23,165 nt of DNA from Octopus sinensis (GCF_006345805.1 NW_021836699.1:1-23165); one strand, 5' to 3'; numbered from the stretch's first letter, positions 10,977 to 21,412 are shown. Notes: generated by a model from the sequence alone, not told the origin. A program made the numbers and translations.

Positions 10977-11100
10977 GTATATACATTTACTCAAAAAGAA
11001 GAATTAGCCTGCGTCATTAGATGCAAACAAAGTCGCAGGTGTTATATACCAAGGTTTTACTTCTCCTTGAGACATGTCTCAACAATAATTAGCGATCTCT

Positions 11101-11153
<53 letters not shown>

Positions 11154-11409
11154 TCGCAGATATTTCCAGGTCGTTAACTCTAGTGAGTTCATCCACCATT
11201 TGACAGCTTTTTATTTATTGCCGAACGAAAACAATCCTCTTTAACAGACATTCATTCATACATTGACACATACATACATACATACATACATACATACATA
11301 CATACATACATACATACATACATACATACGTACATACATAAATACATGCATACATACATGCTTACATACATATATACATATATATACATATATGCATACA
11401 TGCATACAT

Positions 11410-11960
11410 TGTGGCTCCCCCCTCGTTATCGAGTATGGCCATTGCACGAAGCCTAATCAATGTTGTTATCGTGCAATGCCTAGGCAAGAAGATTTTTTTA
11501 ATGTGAGGAAAGGCTGTGTACTGAGTCAATCCCAATCACTAAGCAACAGCAGCCATAATCCAAAAAGAACAAGTCAACATCATCGGTAACCACTGAGCCA
11601 CAGGTTTTATGTCGGAGTTATCCCAGTTACCTGAGTTACCTTCTCCTAGAAAGATGCCCTAACAAAGGCTAGAAGTCCTTCACTCCCAATGGTTTAACCG
11701 CGTGATCGGGTATTCAGTCCGATTATTTCTATGTCCCCGCGCATGAAACAGCCTTAAGACATTTATTGGATGGCCGTCGATCTCAAGAGTTCCTCCGCCC
11801 TTTTACCGGTTTTGTTTTTCATCCACCAGGGTGACCAATAAACACCCTCCTCACCAAGCAAGTTTGGTGGGGTTGACGGTTTAGTCGCCGACGACCCGAC
11901 CATGCAACAGGTTGTACTGGGTTACATGTTACCAGTAGCACTCGAAAGTGACCTGACATA
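11410..11960 (-). mobile_element. Probable non-autonomous RTE-related retroelement inserted in a (CATA)n tract
   Basis: GC-richer 550-bp non-coding block between (CATA)n arrays; CCTTCTCCTAG...CCTAACAAAGGCTAGA resembles reverse-complemented RTE 5' UTR motifs (from memory). Confidence 0.4.
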
Positions 11961-11999
11961 ACATGTTTTCTATACCATGTGTTCCCCAACTGGGGAACA

Positions 12000-12368
12000 C
12001 ATGCATAAATACATATATACATACATACAGATTCACATAGATATACATCCATACATGCAAACGTACATACGTACACATCTGTACATGGAAATATACATAC
12101 ATGCATGCATGCATACATACATACACACATACATACACATACATACATGCAAACGTGCATACATACATACATGCTGCATGCAAGCAGGTATACCTACATG
12201 CACGTCTATAGATGCAAATGTACATACATACATACATAAATACATACATATCCATACATGCAAACGTACTTACAAATACATTCATTCAGAGAAACGTATA
12301 TGGATACATATATATATACATACACACACAGATACATACATACATACATACATACATACATACATACA
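12000..12368. repeat. Degenerate (CATA)n microsatellite
   Basis: Visible repeat. Confidence 0.85.
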
Positions 12369-12644
12369 GTCAACAGATGAGATCCAGAACAATATGAGCG
12401 CGTCTACGCACACACATACAGAACTATATACTTGCATATGCTACCCCTTCATACGTCCACCCCAACAACCTGACCGATTGCTAATGACCACGTGGTCTAT
12501 TACCTGTGCGCCACGTGGTCAATTTCTGTCGCTATGCGATTTTTAAAATGGCTGACGATTAGCATCACACTTGAAACTCAAATCTAATAACGAATCTGAA
12601 TCAAACAGTTTTGATCCATATATGTATGTATATATATATATACA

Positions 12645-12977
12645 TAGAAGTAAATATATGGCACAACGAAGTACCGAAATTTACTGGAAAATAGCGAACG
12701 TAATAAATACGACGCTAATGTATAGCTTCACCGCGTATGTACTAGAAAAAAATTGTCTTACCTCCAGGGAGAACATCTGAAGATGAAATACCTAGAAAGG
12801 GATAATGTGGGACCTGTTTCAGATTTTTCAAGATATGCCTGCACACATATACTTGATTTATCTTCATCAGCCAACATATACCCGACAACATTTCAGATGT
12901 TGCCACATCAATGCCAATACACTCGACTGAAACGCCAAAACGCTGACAGAACGAGAACAGTGAAGAAGTTTCAATAA
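12645..12977 (-). mobile_element. Penelope-like pseudo-LTR fragment carrying a hammerhead motif
   Basis: Hammerhead at 12805-12877 (-). Downstream on - is TTTTCCAGTAAATTTCGG running into (TA)n, paralleling TTTTTCCCTGTAAATTTGG then (TA)n after the 16974 hammerhead. Confidence 0.55.
12805..12877 (-). ncRNA. Type I hammerhead ribozyme motif (long stem II, minimal stem III)
   Basis: Minus strand: AUGUUGG CUGAUGA AGAU-aaa-UCAAG-u-AUAUG-ugugcagg-CAUAU-CUUGA-aaa-AUCU GAAAC ag GUC^CCACAU. Catalytic core intact; stems I and II pair. Confidence 0.75.
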
Positions 12978-13080
12978 AAATAGTAATGCAATACGAGAGT
13001 ATTGCTTTCCAGTAAAGAATAATTTTCCCTCACGGGCTATTCTTTACTGGAAAGCAATACTCTCGTATTGCATTACTATT

Positions 13081-13081
<1 letters not shown>
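12978..13081. repeat. Perfect 44-bp inverted repeat with a 16-nt loop
   Basis: 12978-13021 AAATAGTAATGCAATACGAGAGTATTGCTTTCCAGTAAAGAATA is the exact reverse complement of 13038-13081. Confidence 0.97.
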
Positions 13082-13137
<56 letters not shown>

Positions 13138-13384
13138 ATTTCTTTAATTATATATATATATATATATTTTTTTTTAATTTAATTTAATTTTATTATGTAT
13201 TTTTATTATGCATTTGTTATATGTATATTGGAGGATATATTTATATGGATGATGGGTGTTATTTAGTGGTGTATATATTGAGTTTTGTATGTATTTGTGA
13301 ATGTTTACGATCCCTTATTTTTTTATTTGGTATGTTGAATTGACAGATTTTATTTGGGTATTGTCTGTTATAATAAAGTACACA

Positions 13385-13880
13385 CACCCATAACAAATAC
13401 AAGTGCCCACCTCATTCGCACGTACCTGGAATTGCATGTGAGCCTCAACATATGCACCAAATGACCACTCCCGCCCCACACGGACAAGTAAACACATACA
13501 TCCCCAAAAATGGGCGCAATCCCACTCACACCAATCATACATGTATATAATTACACAAACAAGAACAATACATAACTAACCTAAATATACAGAACATACC
13601 ACAAATCACCAACAAACCACCATCACAAATGAAACCCACACCCATACAATGACAAAACTCCCCCCTCCATACCCAATTACACCCACATAGCAATCCCCAT
13701 ATATTCATCCATACACAGGCGCGCATACGCGAAACACACACACACAACACATACGTACAACCCCCCAAACACACTCATATACATGCGTATCAAGCTCGAC
13801 ATCCGCAGCAATACGCTCATACCCACTCACACCTAGATGGGCAAACTGCACAACCAAGAAACGCACACACACACGTGTAC
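13385..13880 (-). repeat. Inverted, GC-richer copy of parts of the 1.2-kb tandem unit
   Basis: 13397-13458 aligns ungapped to the reverse complement of 16189-16250 (47/62 identical); 13700-13870 aligns to the reverse complement of about 14750-14930. Confidence 0.85.
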
Positions 13881-14370
13881 GTATTTTGATTGTGCAATTT
13901 ACCCATCCGCATGAATGCGGGCGCGAACACACCGTTGCACATATCGAGCCCAACAAGCATGCACATGTACATGTGAGGGGGTACACGCACATGCCGTGCG
14001 CGTATACCCCCCGCACTTATACCCGTGCGCGAATATACACATGGAGACTACCACACAGGTACAAACGTGCATAGCAAAGGGAGCCCCATCACTACACTCA
14101 ATGCATACTCTCACCCATCCGCACGGATGTGGTAGCGTATCACCGGTGCATATATTGAGGCTCATACGTAGCACTATGGAAGCGGACGTCGTTGAAATTG
14201 TGAATGGAGTGGATGGAATTAGGAATTGTAACCGGGTGGTGGGCTGGCGTTGCTTGGGATTGGGAGTGGAATAATGTAGTAGAATGGCAGACATCGGGAA
14301 TGGACGTGGATTGCTGCGAATGTTTGTTGGGACTGCCAAGATAGACTAAAGCTCATAAATACATATAATA

Positions 14371-16571
14371 ATTTATCATGGTAGTTTTATTAAAGAATCC
14401 ATTCATAATTTTTTTAAGTAGTGTTGGTTTGCCGCGTGAATATAGTTTTTAATTCCATTTATTCTATTTCTCCATTCATAATTTTAAATGACGTTTACTT
14501 CCATGGCGCGTATTCTTTTTATACATAAGTTATGTTCCTATGGTAACGTAATTTTGGTTTGATTTTTTTAACGGCTTAGAATTTAATTTCACTTCATAAT
14601 TTGAAACTGACTTGTAAGTATGTATATTATTTCTCCTTATGTCATATTGTTATTTTTGATATTCTGGTTAATTACGATGTATTTTATATATCGTTTATGT
14701 GTAATAATGTTGTTTTTCTTTGGAGTGTTTATGTATGTGAGATTGTGTGTGAGTGTGTTGCGTATTTTGGTTGTATAATTTGTTTATCTGTATGAGTGTG
14801 GGTGTGTAAATATTGTTGTATATATCGAGTTTGGTGAGTATGTATATGCGTATATGTGAGGGAGTGTATGTATGTTTGTGTGTGTGTTTTGCGTATGTGT
14901 GTTTGTGTGTGAATGTGTATATGGGTTTGTTATATAGGTTTGGGGATGTATGTGTTAATTGTCTGTGTGGGGAGGGAGTGGGTTTTGGTGTATATTGAGG
15001 TTTATACGTTAGTATAGGTATGTGTGTGAGTGAGGTGGGTATTGTATAAGTCGTGGGTCTGTGGTTTACGTGTGTGTATTTGTGTGAATGTTTAGGTTAG
15101 GGTGATTGCTATATAGGTTTGTTATAGATTTTATCAAGGGGAGATTTATCATTATATGTTTTTGTGAGTTTGGTTTATCATGGTAGTTTTATTAAGGAAT
15201 TCGTAGTAATTTGTCTATTTACGATGTTTGTTGTTTTGTTGCATTGTTTCATTCATAATTTTGAGTGGTGTTCGTTTTACCACGTGAATATTATTTTTAA
15301 TTCCATTTATTCCATTTCTCCATTCATAATTTTAAAAGATGTTCGTTTCCAGAGCGGGAATACTTTTTATACATATGTAGGTTCCTTGGTAACGTAATTT
15401 TGTTGGTGGATATGTTGAGGCTTATATGTACTTGTGGGTGTGTGTGAGTGGGGTGGGTGTTTGTATTTGTTATGTGGGTGTGGGTTTACGTGTGTGTTTT
15501 CTGTGTGAATGTATAGGTTAAAGGGATTGCTATATAAGTATGTTATAGGGTTTAGTAAAGGGAGGTTTTATCATTTATGTTTTATGAGTTTTAATTTATC
15601 ATGGTAGTTTTTTTATTAAAGAATCCATTCATAATTTTTTTAAAATAATGTTAGTTTTACCGCGTGAATATAGTTTTTTAATTCCATTTATTCTATTTCT
15701 CCATTCATAATTTTAAGTGACGTTTGCTTCCATAGCGCGTATTCTTTTTATACATAAGTTATGTTCCTATGGTAACGTAATTTTGGTTTGATGTTTTTTA
15801 ACGGCCTTAGAATTTAATTTCACTTCATAATTTGAAACTGACTTGAAAGTATGTATATTATTTCTCCTTATGTCATATTGTTATTTTTGATATTCTGGTT
15901 ACTTACGATGTATTTTATATATCGTATTATGTGTAATAATGTTGTTTTTCTTGGAGTGTTTATGTATGTGGGATTGTGTGTGAGTGTGTGCGTATTTTGG
16001 TTGTGTATTTATTTATCTGTATGAGTGTGGGTGTGTTAATATTGTTGTATATATCGAGTTTGGTGACTATGTATATGTATATGTGTGTGTTTTACGTATG
16101 TATATTTGTGTGTGAATGTGTTTATGGGTTTGCTATATAGGTTTGGATGTATGTGTTTATTTGTCTGTGTGGGGTTGAGAGGGTTTTTGGAGTATATGTT
16201 GAGGTTTATATGTATGTATAGGTATGTGTGAGTGAGGTGGGTATTTGTATATGTCGTGGGTGTGTGGTTACGTGTGTGTATTTGTGTGTGAATGTTTAGG
16301 TTAGGGGGATTGCTATATAGGTATGTTATAGAGTTTAGTAAAGCGAGATTTTATCATTATATGTTTTTATGAGTTTTGGTTTGTCATGGTAGTTTTATTA
16401 AGGAATTCGTAGTAATTTGTGTCTATTTGCGATGTCTGTTGTTTTTGTTGCATGTTTTCATTCATAATTTTTAAGTAATGTTCGTTTTACCAAGTGAATA
16501 TAATTTTTAATTCCATTTATTCCATTTCTCCATTCATAATTTTAAATGATGTCCGTTTCTAGAGCGGGAAT
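14371..16571 (+). repeat. ~1.2-kb tandem duplication with related subunits (A-B-A'-B')
   Basis: TTT(A/G)TCATGGTAGTTTT at about 14372, 15174, 15595 and 16380; 14371-15361 is colinear with 15594-16571. Confidence 0.92.
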
Positions 16572-16973
16572 GTGGGTTGTATGTGTGTGTGAGGGAGTAT
16601 GAATAAGTATTGTGTTGAAGTATTTGGCTATTATTTATTTATTATCGTTGCCTAGACGTTTTTATGTGTATGTATAGGGATATATATATAGGTGTGTGAT
16701 TTAGTGTATGTATTTAGATATGGTTATATATAATTAGTTATATGTGTATGGGGTATATATAGTTTATTTTTTTTTTTTGTTTTATATTTTATATTTTATA
16801 TTTTATATTTAATGTTGAAGGTTTATTTTAGTTTATATATTGTTTATATATTGATTATATATGGATTATATATAGGTTATATAGAGATTATATATTTATA
16901 TTTTTCATTAATACTTTAATTATTTAAAATTATTATTTTTATATTTTAAATATTGATATTTTAGATTGGAAGT

Positions 16974-17015
16974 CCACCTGAAGATTGTCGATAGGACAAG
17001 AAACAATTGTAGTGG
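16974..17015 (+). ncRNA. Minimal type I hammerhead ribozyme motif with palindromic stem III
   Basis: CCAC CUGAAGA UUGUC-gauag-GACAA GAAAC AAUU GUA^GUGG: stem I CCAC/GUGG, 5-bp stem II, self-complementary ACAAUUGU, GUA cleavage triplet (cut after 17011). Confidence 0.85.
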
Positions 17016-17184
17016 CGGTTTTTTTTTACTTTTTATTAAAATTTTATGTATTGATTAAGTCTTTCCTTGTTTGTTTTGCAAAATAGTGGTTTTGTCTCTA
17101 ATAATATTATATAATATTTTACTATAAAATTGGATTTAATCCTAATCTGATTTTTCCCTGTAAATTTGGATTTATTCCCTAAAT

Positions 17185-17219
<35 letters not shown>

Positions 17220-17394
17220 TATATACATACATACATAGTAACATACATACATACGACTACATACATACATACATACTACATACATACATACATACATGTA
17301 CATTGTAGATATATGTACACACATGCACATATATATATATATATATATATACATGTATATTTGTAGAGAAGTTCAAAATGAGGAGTAGATAGAC

Positions 17395-17523
17395 AGTAAC
17401 AACTAATGAAGTTCTTTATGTTACTTGTCCTGTTTTCCATTTGTTTCTCTCGTTGTTTGCGTATTAAACTCATTTGCTTTCGTATTTCATGTTGTTTACT
17501 GTTTTGGTGACTTCCTGTACCCA
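17395..17523 (+). mobile_element. Penelope-like terminal fragment ending in (TA)n
   Basis: CAACTAATGAAG...T-rich...TTTTGGTGACTTCCTGTACCCA then TATA; related in inverted orientation to 17771-17915. Confidence 0.4.
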
Positions 17524-17704
17524 TATATGCATGTGTGTGTATACATATGTATATGTATACGTATATGCATATATATATTATATATATATGCATATATATA
17601 TTATGTATACATACATGTAATATATATATATATAATAATTTAATAAATAAAATATATGCATACATACATATATGTACGTACCTACATCTACATGTATATA
17701 TACA

Positions 17705-17771
<67 letters not shown>
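17524..17771. repeat. (TA)n-rich microsatellite
   Basis: Visible repeat. Confidence 0.95.
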
Positions 17772-17775
<4 letters not shown>

Positions 17776-18050
17776 TACAGGACACCACAAATAAACGTAG
17801 AACTCAACGAGAAGCGAAAACATAAAAACAAACTAGGAAACGGACTTTTTTTAACAACGAAAAAACAGAGTACAAGACAAACAATACAAGGAATATTCCC
17901 CTTCATCAGCTGTCCCTGGTTCGACTCAATGCGTGTTTCGAAGGTAAGGACAGAACACGACCCGTCGAACTAGTCCTTCCTGCAAAAGAATTAAATAAAA
18001 TTCTTTTGCAGGGGAGTAAAACAAGGAAAGAAAAAAATGTGACAAAAATT
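17771..18050 (-). mobile_element. Penelope-like terminal fragment between (TA)n tracts
   Basis: Minus strand CAGCTGATGAAGGGG...T-rich...GTGGTGTCCTGTACTCA then TATA; contains a 14-bp hairpin at 17979-18012. Confidence 0.45.
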
Positions 18051-18052
18051 AT

Positions 18053-18085
<33 letters not shown>

Positions 18086-18096
18086 TATATATATAA

Positions 18097-18345
18097 TACA
18101 AAACGGGACAAGAACTCAAAACATCCGAGCAGTTGGATGATACAAAGTAAACAAGGACAGGCCATTCGAAGTTTTCTTTCCTCAGTCAAGTACCAACCAG
18201 ATTATCTACGTAATTTCGGCCGATTATACTTGAGATTGCTCCAATCTGGCCAGTCCCAAGGAAAAACCTAGGCTGAGAACATTAGATTCCTTAGAAGAAA
18301 GCATCGAATGTATACAAAAACAAGATGGATTGGGTAGGGGTGTAC
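18097..18345 (-). mobile_element. Further (TA)n-abutting interspersed repeat fragment, probably Penelope-like
   Basis: Minus strand GACTGAGGAAAG...T-rich...TTCTTGTCCCGTTTTGTT then TATA, the same architecture as its neighbours. Confidence 0.35.
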
Positions 18346-18489
18346 ACATACGTATCTTTCATGGTATATGGGTTGCTGTCTATATGGCAGGCTGTGTATT
18401 ATTCTTGTATTCAGAATAGAGTGGAACTTCGATTTCAATGCGTGCTGAGGTCGCCATTGTCGCCGTTGTTATTACTTACGTTGCTGCAA

Positions 18490-18708
18490 AGAGACGACGA
18501 CATTCGACGATGACAACAACGACGACTACGACAATGATGATGATTGTGATGATGATGATGACGACGATGACGATATTGTTTATTGTATTGCAATGTTGAC
18601 GATCGATCATGGAAGAGAGGTCACCGTCTGTGATCAATTAGTTGATTGCTTTCTAACTACTTTATATGATCTTAAGTTATCGCTGTGGTAGTGGTGGTGA
18701 CGATGATA

Positions 18709-18739
<31 letters not shown>

Positions 18740-19015
18740 TATTGTTGTTGTTAGTGGTGGTGGTAGTAGTGGTGGTGATGGCGGTGGTAGTTGTAGTAGA
18801 CGTAGCAGTAGCAGCAGCTGTAGTAGTAGTAGTAGTAGTAGTATTGGTGGTGGTGGTGATGGTGATGGTGGTGGCAGTGGTGATTGTTGTTGTGGTGGTG
18901 ACGGTGGTCGTGGTGGTGGTATTGTTGTTGTTAGTAGTGATGGTAGTGGCGGTGGTAGTGGTGGTGGTGGTGGTGGTGGTAGTGGTGGTGGTAGTCGTAG
19001 CAGCAGCAGTAGATA

Positions 19016-19073
<58 letters not shown>

Positions 19074-19214
19074 TATGTCTGCTGTCGTACAGGTGCTTGC
19101 TGTCGATGCGGCTGTTTATTTCCATGTGTAATTGCTCAGATTTAATTCGTTCTTGTTTACATAGAAACTATTTTCTACGGCAACGACGACACCAATGACG
19201 ATGATGATTACGAC

Positions 19215-19246
<32 letters not shown>

Positions 19247-19358
19247 CGACGACGACGACGACAACGATGACGATGCTGATGTTGATAGTGATGATGATGA
19301 GGCTGAGGTGGATATTTACGTTAATTGTAGTGATACTCCTGTCGCTGCTGCCTGCTGT

Positions 19359-19389
<31 letters not shown>

Positions 19390-19980
19390 ACGACGACGAC
19401 GACGACGACGACTACGATGATGATGATGATGATGATGATGATGACGATGATGAGGATGGCGACGACGACCACGATGCTGATATGGATGATAATAATGATG
19501 ATGATGATGAGGCGGAGGAGGATATTGATGTTGATGGCGATGCTGCTCTTGCTGCTGACGATGATGGCGATGATGATGGTGACGAAAATGGTAATGAAGA
19601 CGACGACGACGACGACGAGGATGATGATAATGACAGTGACGGTGACGATGACGGTAAAGATGGTGGTGTTGGTGATGAACATGATGTTGATGGTGATGGT
19701 GATGGTGTTGTTGATAATGATGATGATGATGATGATGACGACGACGATGATGGTGAGGATGATGATAATGACGACTTTGGTAGTGCTACCAATGATTGTA
19801 GATGTGGGGATGGTGGTTGCGTTGGTTGTGGTGAGAGTGGTGGTATTGGTGGTGGTGTTTGTTTTTTTTAACAATTATGAAGTTTATGATGATAATAATA
19901 ATGAGCATCACCATGACGACGATGATAATACTGAGAATGATGTTGTTGTAGTCGCCGTCGACGTTGCTATTGTTGTTGAA
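18490..19980. repeat. 1.5-kb mixed trinucleotide array: (GGT)/(GTA) then (GAT)/(GAC)
   Basis: Visible phase-preserving trinucleotide runs. Confidence 0.95.
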
Positions 19981-20127
19981 GTTTAGGCAAAGGTCAGATC
20001 TGACAGACCACGTCTATGATCAAAGGCATTGCAATCAGATCCATGGCATGTTTTTAAAGGTTTCAAGATCGACGTTAACCCAACGTGCCCTTTCTTTTCT
20101 CAACACGTAGAGCGTTATTTGAAGGGC

Positions 20128-20445
20128 ATTTAGCTGCTGATCTCACGGCTATTTGGTTTTCTTTCCTTCCCGTAGCCTATTCTTCGTTCTTACTCTCACT
20201 TTGTTTGTATCTTTCTTTTGATGAAAGGCTGGTGTTCGAAACGTTATAACACTCTCGATTCCCATTACAACTTCAAGCTAATAACGTTTTTGGCTGCAGA
20301 TCTCACGACCATTTTTCTTTCTCTCCTTTTCACAGACTATTCTTCTTTCTTATTCTCACTTTGTATTTTTCTTTTGATGAAAGGCTTGAGTTCGAAGCGT
20401 TATAACACAGTAGCTTTCCATTAAATCATCAACCTCATAACCTCT
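20128..20445 (+). repeat. Two diverged tandem ~160-bp units, each with a degenerate hammerhead-like core
   Basis: GCTGC(T/A)GATCTCACG at 20133 and 20293; TTGATGAAAGGCT....TTCGAA(A/G)CGTTATAACAC at 20218 and 20374. Confidence 0.8.
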
Positions 20446-21020
20446 TTGTTAAACCATCCACGTAATGAGCATCTGGTGTTTTTGCGCCGCTGGACTTGTT
20501 TAAATTTGGGTATCAGTCTTAAAAGGTTTTGCATTCAGCGCAAAGTAAAGATTACACAGGAATTTTACTCAAAACAGATTTTTCAATAGGATTGAAAACA
20601 TGATATTATAAATAACAGTATGTAAATATTGGGTTTAAAAATATATAATATAAATATATTGGTGTGGATATATTATGGAGAGGCCGAACTTGGATCTTTG
20701 TCAGCGCCCATAATTCCATAATTCGCATGCTACATACGATTGTGTTGATAATAGAAATTTAATCAAAGTAAAAATTACAAAAAAAGAATGAAAAGAATAG
20801 AAGAGAAAAAATGGTTTTATTCTATTATTAATCACAGTATGAAGAAATATATTCTCCACTTGTTGATAAATTAATTTGGCAATGACAAGCCTGATTGACA
20901 CAATAAAATATTTGTGAAATATAAAAAGATTTGTATTTCCACGTGAAGAATACACGACAAACGGTGAAGTGTTTATGGCATTATGGAATGGATATAGTCT
21001 TCTGCAGAAAGTGTCTGTGG

Positions 21021-21022
<2 letters not shown>

Positions 21023-21066
<44 letters not shown>

Positions 21067-21153
21067 TGTGTGTGTTTGTGTGTGTGTGTGTTTGTGTGTT
21101 TGTGTGTGTGTGTGAATGTGTGTGCTCGTGCGTGTGTGTGTGTGTGTGCACAC

Positions 21154-21193
<40 letters not shown>

Positions 21194-21410
21194 TAGATAG
21201 ATAGATTGCAGGCCGAGATAGATCAGATAGATAGATAGATAGATAGAAAAATAGATAGATGATAGATAGCTGATAGATAGATAGATAGATAGATAGAGAG
21301 TATGGAATAGATAGATAGATAGATAGATGATAGGATAGATAGATAGATAGATAGATAGAAAATAGATAGATAGATAGATAGTAGATAGATGAGATAGATA
21401 GATAGATAGA
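21023..21410. repeat. (TG)n then (TAGA)n microsatellites
   Basis: Visible repeats. Confidence 0.95.
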
Positions 21411-21412
21411 TA

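Larger units (their letters stand above)
13150..17188 (+). mobile_element. Large non-coding Penelope-like/retrozyme-like element with internal inversion, tandem repeats and a 3' hammerhead
   Basis: Bounded by (TA)n tracts on both sides; hammerhead ~170 bp from the right end; no RT or GIY-YIG ORF seen; left boundary approximate. Confidence 0.5.

Noticed and set aside
12549-12590. CTGACGA...GAAAC hammerhead-like motif
   Set aside because: Stems I-III do not pair.
13899-14339. Overlapping 119-146 aa ORFs in the GC-richer part of the large element
   Set aside because: No RT, GIY-YIG or other recognisable motif; lies within repeat-derived sequence.
17885-17945. Minus-strand GAAAC...GTC...CTGATGA as a type II hammerhead; also CTGAGGA at about 18179-18185
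   Set aside because: Stem II is out of register and stem I is absent; the second motif has GAAT instead of GAAA.
19308-19871. Asp-rich 187-aa ORF as a biomineralisation protein
   Set aside because: No signal peptide or splice context; several frames are open, as expected for trinucleotide repeats.
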